In this document: positions 1-9,984 of the stretch, one piece after another
Layout of the letters: each line of letters starts with the position of its first letter
Position numbering within the stretch: the stretch's first letter is position 1
NCBI GenBank assembly: GCA_963786935.1
Contig: CAWBAN010000001.1
Location: forward strand, 1,216,001-1,280,000
DNA: 64,000 bases
Source of the DNA: an uncultured bacterium
GTDB taxonomy: Bacteria; Krumholzibacteriota; Krumholzibacteriia; Krumholzibacteriales; Krumholzibacteriaceae
Reading direction: 5' to 3'
Program-made: the position numbers and the translations under genes
Notes under the pieces: model-generated
Database searches by the model: none
The model's input: only the letters and a program-made list of their open reading frames with translations
Told to the model about the DNA's origin: nothing

Positions 1-1870
1 GATTGCCCGCGCCCACGATGAGCGTCGAGGCCGCGTCGCCGTGAAGCTTGAGCGTCCCCGGCGTGTCGTCGTCATCGATGGGCATCGATGCGCCGGAAAA
101 ATCGTACGCGTGGAGGATCCCCCCCGCCGAGGTGATATACATTTCCTCCCTGTCCGAATAGAACTGGGCGCTCTTGACGGGAGATGACGTCCAAGCTCCT
201 CCATTCGCGATGGGCAGCTTTTCGACCGTTCCATCCCATGCGGGAAGGCCCACGTCGGCACAATAGATGCTCGCCGAGTCTGCCGCGATGAGGAGCCGCT
301 CGTGACTTTCGCCGGGCAGCTGCACGGCGATCGGGCTCAGCCACGAGATGTCCGCCGTGAGCTCGCCTCGGACGAAATCCATCACCGGCGAGAAACGGGT
401 CCGGAAGGTCATGAAATGCCCGGCCGCCGAGATCTCGTCGAGCTCGATTCCGGTCGGCGCGCCGGCGTTGTCTTCGCTCGCCGGATTCGTGTCGGGCCCG
501 AAGCGGTCGTTGTTGCCGCTCCGGTAAGAATCGTGGAAGCTGCCGTACGCGAAGCTCCCGACCGGCCGGTCGAGGTCCTGCACGTGATCGGCCTCCTCGA
601 GGTCGACCCCTTTCCAGTCGCGGTCGTCGTTCGGGTAGCCCCCCGAATCGAGGGCGCGCCGCAGGGCCGCCTCGTCGACGTGATAAATCATGAGACCGCT
701 CCCCGTGATGACGCTGTCGGGGCCGGCGCTGAGATTCGTCGTCGCCGTGAGGAAGTAGTCGAACTCGGTTCCCCGCAGCGTATCGGGATTATCGGGGATG
801 CCGTTCTCGTTCATATCGATGAAATCGAACCGCCCGTTGAAGTTCGTGTCGTGAACCCGGTTCTCGACGAGGTAGTACTCGGAGACGTTGATCGGGATTT
901 TCAGAAGGGTCGTATCCACCGATCCGCCGGTGTTCACGTCCGCGAGTCGAAACGCTCCATCGTGTTCGACGACAACCGGTTCGAGCCAGCCCATAAGGTA
1001 CCGGTTGAACGCCGACGGGAACGCCGGAACGAAGCCGAGTGCGTTGTAGATGCCGTAGCTCATGAGATCGAAGTTGCCGATTCCCTGTGAATCGGGATAC
1101 GGGTCGGGAGTGGTGTCGTAGAGCGGCAGCATCCCGAGCCTGAGCCCGACCTGATACGCGCAGAGCCCGAGCGAGCCGAAGGTGTATCCGTCCTGCGACG
1201 ATTCCTCGGGCCAGACCATGAGATTGTCGATCTGGAACGGCTCCCCGCCCGCGAGGTCGTCGGTCGGAACGCCCGGCGTGCCGAGCGTGCCCTCGAGCGC
1301 CTCCTCCATCTCGCGCGGATTGACGAAGCCGGAGGCGATTTGATAGTCGGAGTCCTCGTTGAAATCGGTCTCCTGCCCCGGATCGGCGTGGATGATCGCG
1401 AAGGCGTCGTAGCGGGAGAAATCGACCGCGGCGTCGGTATGAGCGACGACCTCGACGAGAAGCTCGGCCATTCGCTCTTTCCAGAGATCGTCGTCGCCGT
1501 AGTAAGCCTCAGGCCTGCTCAGCGCGACCGTCGACGGGTGGAGCGTCGCGCTCAAATGAAAGATGTCTCTCGACGCGCCGAGAAAGTACTCCCCGAGATG
1601 CCGCAGCTCGTTGTCGAAATACGCGGCGTCGTGGCCCGGGGCGAAACCGCTGTCGGCGAACGAGACCATGAACACGATCACCTTCAGCGAATCGACGCGA
1701 GCGCCCCCGCCGCGGAGGAGCCGGTCGACGGCGCTCCGCTGATACGGTCCGACGCTCTGGCCCCGCGGATGCGCGGCCCGGGGCGCCGCGGGCGCGGCCG
1801 ATCGGCCGAACGCCGGCCCCGGGATCAGGAATCCGGCGATCAGGGAAAGCACGAGAATCGCTCTTCTCAT
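1..1870 (-). CDS. Secreted M6 (immune inhibitor A-like) metalloprotease homolog with degenerate zinc motif; runs off the window start
   Basis: Manually translated from ATG at 1870 (MRRAILVLSLIAGFLIPGPAFG, signal peptide); no stop before base 1, so absent from the ORF track. M6-type segments DFSRYDAFAIIHADPGQE, LYDT..GIGNFDLMSYG, GWLEP, EYYLVENR, GLMIYHVDE, GVDLEEAD. HExxH position reads YQVGL. Confidence 0.8.
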   Translation of the reverse strand, partial: MRRAILVLSLIAGFLIPGPAFGRSAAPAAPRAAHPRGQSVGPYQRSAVDRLLRGGGARVDSLKVIVFMVSFADSGFAPGHDAAYFDNELRHLGEYFLGASRDIFHLSATLHPSTVALSRPEAYYGDDDLWKERMAELLVEVVAHTDAAVDFSRYDAFAIIHADPGQETDFNEDSDYQIASGFVNPREMEEALEGTLGTPGVPTDDLAGGEPFQIDNLMVWPEESSQDGYTFGSLGLCAYQVGLRLGMLPLYDTTPDPYPDSQGIGNFDLMSYGIYNALGFVPAFPSAFNRYLMGWLEPVVVEHDGAFRLADVNTGGSVDTTLLKIPINVSEYYLVENRVHDTNFNGRFDFIDMNENGIPDNPDTLRGTEFDYFLTATTNLSAGPDSVITGSGLMIYHVDEAALRRALDSGGYPNDDRDWKGVDLEEADHVQDLDRPVGSFAYGSFHDSYRSGNNDRFGPDTNPASEDNAGAPTGIELDEISAAGHFMTFRTRFSPVMDFVRGELTADISWLSPIAVQLPGESHERLLIAADSASIYCADVGLPAWDGTVEKLPIANGGAWTSSPVKSAQFYSDREEMYITSAGGILHAYDFSGASMPIDDDDTPGTLKLHGDAASTLIVGAGN

Positions 1871-1937
1871 AGGCCGATCATTCTAACTTGTGCGAGGTGA
1901 ATTCTTCAAGGCCTATATAGCCCGTATAAAAGAATCT

Positions 1938-1996
1938 GGGGAGAGTGAAGATCTTGTGCCGCCCCTGTACGACATTTTGATTTCTTCACTCTCCCC
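1938..1996 (-). terminator. Long-loop hairpin/terminator after the lipoprotein gene
   Basis: Perfect 14-bp inverted repeat GGGGAGAGTGAAGA (1938-1951) / TCTTCACTCTCCCC (1983-1996), 31-nt loop, followed on the minus strand by AGATTCTTTT. Confidence 0.6.
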
Positions 1997-2046
1997 TTCG
2001 GCCGACCTTCGTGGGTAACACGAACTTTGTATCGCTTGCCAGCGCT

Positions 2047-3015
2047 CTACTCGGTGGTTTGTCCTGTCCCTGAGTCCCGAGTCCGTGTCGCCCTCTCAAC
2101 GATGGGGGGATCGCTGAATCTATCGGTCAGCTTGGCTTCCGTATTCAGCCCGGGCAGTTCGCCGCTCTTCGGCGTCGATGCAAGCGCGCCCGTTCCGCGG
2201 CCCGGGGCGGGAGGGGCAAGGTCCGGATTTCCGGGGTCGGTCTGAAACGCCCAGTAGAAGGTGACGGCCGCGGGCGTGACCGACGTGATATAGAGCTTCG
2301 CGTAGTGCTCGTCGCTTCCTTCGACGAGCTTGAGCATATACATGTGGCGCGCAACCGCCTCGACCGAACCGGACGGCGCCCATCCGTCGTCGGGCGCGTA
2401 CGTGATGGCGTCGAAGTTCGACGCGTATCCGTAATCCTGGATCTGCGCTCCGGCGCGGTAGGCGACGAACCGCTGGACGCCCGCGTCGTCCATGAAGTAG
2501 AAATCGGTCGTGGGATCGTTCCAGGACTGTGTGTTGTCCGCGAGATCCGGATAGAAGTCGAAGCCGCTCTGCGCCGGGAGGGCGTTGCGGTCGTACAGCG
2601 TGACCTGCCCCTCGGGGCGCGGCGTTCCGCTCACGACCTCCTCGACGATGAGATCGCTCTCGAGATTGCCCTGGTCGAACGCGGACACGGCGTAGAAATA
2701 ATGGGTGCCGTTCCCCGTATCCAGATCCTCGTAGCAGTACTCCACGGGCTCCGACGGATCTACGTTGATGGTTCCGATCGGCGAATACTCTCCGTAGAGG
2801 GACGTCGAACGGTACACGTTATAGCCCGCCATGTCGGATTCGTAGTTGGCGACCCAGCAGACCAGGACGGTCCCGTCGTAATTCACCGAATAAACCCCGC
2901 GCGGCGACGTCGGCGCGATGTTGGTCGGAACGCACACGACTTCGTCGTCCTCGCAGGAAATCACGACCAGCATCAGTATCGAGAGCATCATCACTATGCG
3001 GTTCATCTTCTTCAT
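2047..3015 (-). CDS. Lipoprotein with fibronectin type III-like domain and a HmuY-like C-terminal beta domain
   Basis: MKKMNRIVMMLSILMLVVISC lipobox. FN3 signature W..N.ESDMAGYNVYRS...YFYAVSAFDQGNLES. C-terminal SGFDF...HYAKLYITSV...VTFYWAFQ. Alternative start at 3006. Confidence 0.75.
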   Translation of the reverse strand: MKKMNRIVMMLSILMLVVISCEDDEVVCVPTNIAPTSPRGVYSVNYDGTVLVCWVANYESDMAGYNVYRSTSLYGEYSPIGTINVDPSEPVEYCYEDLDTGNGTHYFYAVSAFDQGNLESDLIVEEVVSGTPRPEGQVTLYDRNALPAQSGFDFYPDLADNTQSWNDPTTDFYFMDDAGVQRFVAYRAGAQIQDYGYASNFDAITYAPDDGWAPSGSVEAVARHMYMLKLVEGSDEHYAKLYITSVTPAAVTFYWAFQTDPGNPDLAPPAPGRGTGALASTPKSGELPGLNTEAKLTDRFSDPPIVERATRTRDSGTGQTTE

Positions 3016-3028
3016 GCCCTTCCCTATC

Positions 3029-3043
3029 GCAACCTGCATGCCA
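3029..3043 (-). promoter_or_regulatory. sigma54 (-24/-12) promoter
   Basis: Minus strand TGGCAT-GCAGG-TTGC matches TGGCAC-N5-TTGC with exact GG-N10-GC spacing, immediately upstream of the lipoprotein start. Confidence 0.75.
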
Positions 3044-3307
3044 TGAACGCGACGATTCGAAATTCGGCGGCGATCCGGTCGCGCGATGCCCGGTAACTGT
3101 TTTCAAACAAAGATGTTGTTGATGAATGAAAAAATGCGCGGGAACGGCAGGAGAGAATTCCCGTTTCGCCGGGCGATCAAAATCTGTCGTCCGATTTCTA
3201 CAACCTTGTCCTATTCGAAGGACAATCGAGGAGCCGTCGCGGGAAGGTCAAAGGTCAGCGGAGCCGGTTCGTGCGGCGCCGGAGGACCCGGCTTTCGATG
3301 CGAGGAG

Positions 3308-3410
3308 AAAAAAAGAACCAGGGGTATAAGACGCGAGCACCGGAGGGGATGTCCATACTCGCTTTCCTTGGGATCTCGCCATTCCAAAGGTTACTTATAC
3401 CCCTGACACG
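3308..3410 (-). ncRNA. Candidate ~100-nt small RNA (sRNA-B)
   Basis: Perfect 12-bp terminal stem CAGGGGTATAAG / CTTATACCCCTG (3319-3330, 3394-3405) closing a 63-nt loop region, followed by a U7 tail, with its own sigma70 promoter directly upstream. Confidence 0.55.
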
Positions 3411-3415
3411 AAATA

Positions 3416-3443
3416 ATCATATCAGGCCTTGGAAATTGGTCAA
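3416..3443 (-). promoter_or_regulatory. sigma70 promoter for sRNA-B
   Basis: TTGACC-N16-TATGAT with an extended -10 TG motif and AT-rich UP-like sequence upstream. Confidence 0.6.
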
Positions 3444-3461
3444 GCTATTTTTGGATAAATA

Positions 3462-3608
3462 ATATTAAACGGAGAGATACCTACCATTCCTTGTCCTAAG
3501 AGACCCCACCTTTTCCCCTGATCGCTCCAGGAGAGCCTAACGCGACAAGGAAGTTCAGTACCTCTCCGCTTCGCCGATTCCCCTCCGCCAACCGATACCT
3601 GCTACCAT
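3462..3608 (-). ncRNA. Candidate ~145-nt structured small RNA (sRNA-A)
   Basis: Nested stems 3470-3480/3558-3568 (CGGAGAGGUAC/GUAUCUCUCCG, one G-U pair) and 3487-3495/3544-3552 (perfect 9 bp), then an AU-rich tail. Lies downstream of a variant sigma54 promoter. Confidence 0.45.
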
Positions 3609-3619
3609 CCGGGTACATA

Positions 3620-3634
3620 TCAATCCCCGTTCCA
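3620..3634 (-). promoter_or_regulatory. Variant sigma54 promoter (-12 TTGA)
   Basis: Minus strand TGGAAC-GGGGA-TTGA with GG-N10-GA spacing; IHF consensus about 36 bp upstream. Confidence 0.45.
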
Positions 3635-3669
3635 GTATCGCGGGAGCGGGCCATTTTTTGCCTGCATCG

Positions 3670-3682
3670 CAATATATTGATT
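3670..3682 (-). promoter_or_regulatory. IHF binding site
   Basis: Minus strand AATCAATATATTG is a perfect WATCAANNNNTTR match in an AT-rich patch. Confidence 0.6.
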
Positions 3683-3943
3683 CATAACATGTTACGCCGT
3701 CGCGCAAAACAGCGCGCGGCGCCGAGCCCGCCCCTCTCCGGATCTCCTCAAAAGATCCTTTATACAAACGCGGCCATGCGAGGAAACATGCGCTCCATCA
3801 AGCGATTCCGGATGTCAAGAAGCTTAATAGGTGCTGGATCGAAGGTTCACAATCGCCCCTCCCGGACCGCCATGCCCGAGGACGGGGCGTGAAAATAGCG
3901 GAGAAAAAATGCGCTCATTCGAAAATGGATGATTGGAAAGCGC

Positions 3944-7009
<3,066 letters not shown>

Positions 7010-7042
7010 CGGTTACTCCAAGGGGAATGGTCGGCGAACCAT

Positions 7043-7390
7043 TTACCTGCAAACCGATTTACGCGCTTCGGACCCTTGCTCATCGGGCCCGACCACACCG
7101 CCACCGGTCAGCTTGTTGATCGGCTTCCATTCGGTGACGTCGCTCCCTCGGCCGTTTCCGTAATCATCCGCATCTCCGCCCACGAATCCGCTCGCGCCGC
7201 CGCCGCTGTTCGCCGGCATGACGCTTTCCGGCGCGACGATCATCCCTCTGACCAGAAACATGTTCCGGCAGAGGAACGTCATCATCGATTGCATCCGGTA
7301 TTCCAAAGAGGAACGCGCAGCAAGAACAGGGGAGGAAACGAGGGTTGATAGAATCAGAAGCGTCGACAGGAGCAAAACCAGCTTCTTCAT
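7043..7390 (-). CDS. Small secreted protein/propeptide (115 aa), candidate signalling-peptide precursor
   Basis: RBS AAGGAG, Sec signal peptide MKKLVLLLSTLLILSTLVSSPVLA/A, Gly-rich acidic core GGGASGFVGGDADDYGNGRG; ends 33 bp upstream of the TPR activator, same strand. Confidence 0.7.
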   Translation of the reverse strand: MKKLVLLLSTLLILSTLVSSPVLAARSSLEYRMQSMMTFLCRNMFLVRGMIVAPESVMPANSGGGASGFVGGDADDYGNGRGSDVTEWKPINKLTGGGVVGPDEQGSEARKSVCR

Positions 7391-7460
7391 GCTTCCATCT
7401 CCTCCTTATGAAACCCGCAGGTTCCATAACACACACCACAGAACCCCAAGCACCATAATT

Positions 7461-7489
7461 ATAGTAATGCCCGGGGAGTCCGAAGTCAA
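7461..7489 (-). promoter_or_regulatory. sigma70 promoter for the peptide + TPR activator operon
   Basis: TTGACT-N17-TACTAT(AAT) on the minus strand, with AT-rich sequence upstream. Confidence 0.6.
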
Positions 7490-7594
7490 ATATTTATTCG
7501 GAAACCGCGATAAAAAATCGCCGTTTAGGCGATTTTCGGGGGTCGCGCGGGTCTGGGTGGAACCACTCATTCAGATATAGGAAAAATATCGAGA

Positions 7595-8974
7595 TTAATC
7601 GTCGTCGGTGGACGCATCCTGCCGGAATTCGATGCCGTATTTTTCGAGCTTCTTGTACAGGTTGCTCCGCTGCATGTCGAGCTGGCGAGCGGTCCGAGAG
7701 ACGTTTCCCCCGTTCTCCCGCAGCTTTTTCACGAGGTATTCCTTCTCCATGAAGTCCTTGAATTCCTGGTAGGTCTTGAGGCCGAACGGATCCTTTCGCG
7801 CGTCCTCCTCTCGGACGAGCGCCAGCGCCGGCAGATCGTCGCGGCCGATCGTCTCGGACATGGTGAGAATGCAGAGACGCTCGATGAGGTTCCGCAGCTC
7901 CCGCACGTTTCCGGGCCAGGAGTAATCCATGAGGGCGTCGAGCGCGCCGGCGGAGAGCTTCTTGGGAGCGCGCCCGAGCTCGGCGGCGACTTCGTCGAGG
8001 AAATACTCCGCGAGGATCTTGATATCGGTCTTCCGCTCGCGCAGCGACGGGATGCGGATCGGGACGACGTTCAGGCGATAATACAGATCCTCCCTGAACT
8101 TCATGCGGGCCGCTTCCTCGAGGAGCGACTTGTTCGTCGCCGCGAGCACCCGCACGTCGACATGCTTCGTCTCCGTGCCGCCCACCCGCTCGAACGCCGA
8201 TTCCTGGAGCACGCGCAGCACCTTCGCCTGCGCCGAGAGGCTCATGTCCCCCACCTCGTCGAGAAACAGCGTTCCGCCGTCCGCGAGCTCGAACTTGCCG
8301 ATGCGCTGCGATATCGCGCCGGTGAACGAGCCTTTCTCGTGGCCGAAGAGCTCGCTCTCGATGAGGTCCTCGGGAATCGCCGCGCAGTTGACTTCGATGA
8401 ACGGCTCCTCGACGCGATTGGAGAGCTCGTGGAGCTTCCGGGCGACGAGCTCCTTCCCCGTGCCGTTTTCCCCCATGATGAGCACGCGCGCCGGGGTCGG
8501 CGCGACGCGCCTGATCGTTTCCATGATGGCGAGCATCTCGGGGTGCTCGCCGATGATATTTGTCTTGATGCCGATCTTCTTCTGGAGCTGGACGTTCTGA
8601 CGCGTGAGCTCGGCCTGGTTGATGCCGTTGCGGACCGTCAGCAGGAGCCGTTCCATGTCGATCGGCTTCTCGAGAAAATCGAACGCGCCGAGCTTCGTCG
8701 CGTCGACCGCGGTGGCGATAGTGCCGTGCCCCGAAATGATGATGACGGGGAGTTCGGGCCGCAGATCCTTGAGCTTGCCGAGGACCTCGAGGCCGTCCAT
8801 CCCCGGCATCTTGATGTCGAGCAGCACGACGTCGATGCGCTCGCTCGAGGCGAGGTCGAGAGCGGCCGCGCCGTCCGCGGCCGTGAACGTCTTGTACTTC
8901 TCGTACGAGAGCAGCCGCTCGAGCGAGCTTCTGATGCTCTCCTCGTCGTCGACGATCAGAACCCGTTTGCTCAT
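7595..8974 (-). CDS. NtrC/NtrX-family sigma54 response regulator (REC-AAA+-HTH)
   Basis: True start MSKRVLIVDDE at 8974 (ATGA overlap with the upstream stop). LLDIKMP phospho-Asp, GENGTGKE, GHEKGSFTGA, FLDEVGD, GNVSRTARQLDMQRSNLYKKL. Confidence 0.95.
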   Translation of the reverse strand: MSKRVLIVDDEESIRSSLERLLSYEKYKTFTAADGAAALDLASSERIDVVLLDIKMPGMDGLEVLGKLKDLRPELPVIIISGHGTIATAVDATKLGAFDFLEKPIDMERLLLTVRNGINQAELTRQNVQLQKKIGIKTNIIGEHPEMLAIMETIRRVAPTPARVLIMGENGTGKELVARKLHELSNRVEEPFIEVNCAAIPEDLIESELFGHEKGSFTGAISQRIGKFELADGGTLFLDEVGDMSLSAQAKVLRVLQESAFERVGGTETKHVDVRVLAATNKSLLEEAARMKFREDLYYRLNVVPIRIPSLRERKTDIKILAEYFLDEVAAELGRAPKKLSAGALDALMDYSWPGNVRELRNLIERLCILTMSETIGRDDLPALALVREEDARKDPFGLKTYQEFKDFMEKEYLVKKLRENGGNVSRTARQLDMQRSNLYKKLEKYGIEFRQDASTDDD

Positions 8975-9975
8975 TCCGACGCTCCCCCCGTGAGCAGCCT
9001 GCCCCATCGCAGATCCCGCGCGGTTACCATGAACGACTCGATTCGCACGCTCCGGACGAGCGCGTCGACGAGCGCGAGCCCCGCCGGCAGCAGCGCGATC
9101 CGGCCGGGATCGAACGGGAGGCGACGCTCTCTCCCCGCCCGGTAGAGCCCGGCGAGCCGCCGCGTCATGAACGCGAGATCGCCGCGGGCGATCCGGCGCA
9201 TCTCCTCGAAACCGGGGCCCGGCTCCTCGACGGGCCCGCGGAGCGCGGCGAGGCTCACGGCCGTCCCGCCCGTCATGAGCATTGTAGGGTTTCGCGGGAA
9301 ACCGGGCAAGGAATAAACGCCGCCCGCGCCGCGGCGCCCCGGCGCGGCCGAGGCCGCGACGCGCTCCGCGAGCGCGGCCGAAACACGGCGGACGCAGAAG
9401 GATCGATCGAGCATGCGGCGCACGCGGTGCGTGCCGACGGGAAGCCCGATGTATCCCGTCATCGACGTTCCCGTTCCCCAGGAGATCTCCGTGCTCGTGC
9501 CCCCGGCGTCGACGAGGAGCACCGATTCGTCCCGCGGGCGGAAGAACGAAGCGCCGATATAGCCGAGCTCCGCCTCCTCGCGCTGCCTCAGCACCGCGAT
9601 GGAAGCGCCGGCCGCCTCCTCCAGGCGCTCCCTCGCGCGCGGCGCGTTCGCCGCCTCGCGGAGCGTGTTCGTCGCGACGATCGCGGGGCGGGGACATCCC
9701 CATCGCGCCGCCGCCGCCATGAGTTCCTTCAGGGCACGGACCGCCGCTTCGATCTTTTCCGGCGAGACGCGTCCCGACGCCGCCAGATCATCCCCCCATC
9801 CGACGAACCGCTTCTCCTCCCTGATCGCGCGCAGCTCGAGGGCGCGCGCCGGCGCGATCGCCGAATCGGGAAAAACGGCCTCCAGCACGAGGAGCCGGAA
9901 GTTGCTGCTCCCGAGATCGACGCATCCCCTGATCTCGTTTTTTCTGTCGAATCGCCTCTCGCTATCCCGTATCAT
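8971..9975 (-). CDS. Ppx/GppA-family phosphatase (short form, no HD domain)
   Basis: VDLGSSNFRL, ATNTLREAAN, EEAELGY, VDAGGTSTE, GGTA, RDLRWG (ASKHA fold motifs). Confidence 0.85.
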   Translation of the reverse strand: MIRDSERRFDRKNEIRGCVDLGSSNFRLLVLEAVFPDSAIAPARALELRAIREEKRFVGWGDDLAASGRVSPEKIEAAVRALKELMAAAARWGCPRPAIVATNTLREAANAPRARERLEEAAGASIAVLRQREEAELGYIGASFFRPRDESVLLVDAGGTSTEISWGTGTSMTGYIGLPVGTHRVRRMLDRSFCVRRVSAALAERVAASAAPGRRGAGGVYSLPGFPRNPTMLMTGGTAVSLAALRGPVEEPGPGFEEMRRIARGDLAFMTRRLAGLYRAGRERRLPFDPGRIALLPAGLALVDALVRSVRIESFMVTARDLRWGRLLTGGASE

Positions 9976-9984
9976 CGTCCTGCC

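Noticed and set aside
3308..3608. Identification of the hairpins as SRP RNA, 6S RNA, a retron msr-msd or a known riboswitch
   Set aside because: No SRP domain IV GNRA/AGCAG motif, two separate stems rather than one ~180-nt rod, no reverse transcriptase nearby, and no riboswitch consensus recognised. An Rfam scan is still needed.
3647..3661. Plus-strand GG-N10-GC element (CGGGCCATTTTTTGC)
   Set aside because: Poor -24 match and no credible plus-strand gene or terminator downstream.
3086..3892. Short ORFs in the 3.05-3.94 kb gap (3086-3406, 3126-3329, 3271-3462, 3555-3767, 3677-3892)
   Set aside because: No recognisable motifs or convincing RBS, atypical codon usage, and they cross promoter and hairpin elements. 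Only the 17-aa tail of 3555-3767 is kept, as a low-confidence hypothesis.
7043..7390. RiPP precursor interpretation of the small secreted ORF
   Set aside because: No tailoring enzymes, RRE or C39 transporter adjacent; the radical SAM genes in the window are RlmN and HemW; it has a Sec signal peptide.
7595..9703. Long N-terminal extensions in the ORF track (e.g. NtrC from 9703, rlmN from 9427, ktrB from 29345, OFOR beta from 39097, MFS from 60890)
   Set aside because: The extensions overlap real upstream genes; starts were reset to codons with RBS or ATGA coupling and family-typical N-termini.
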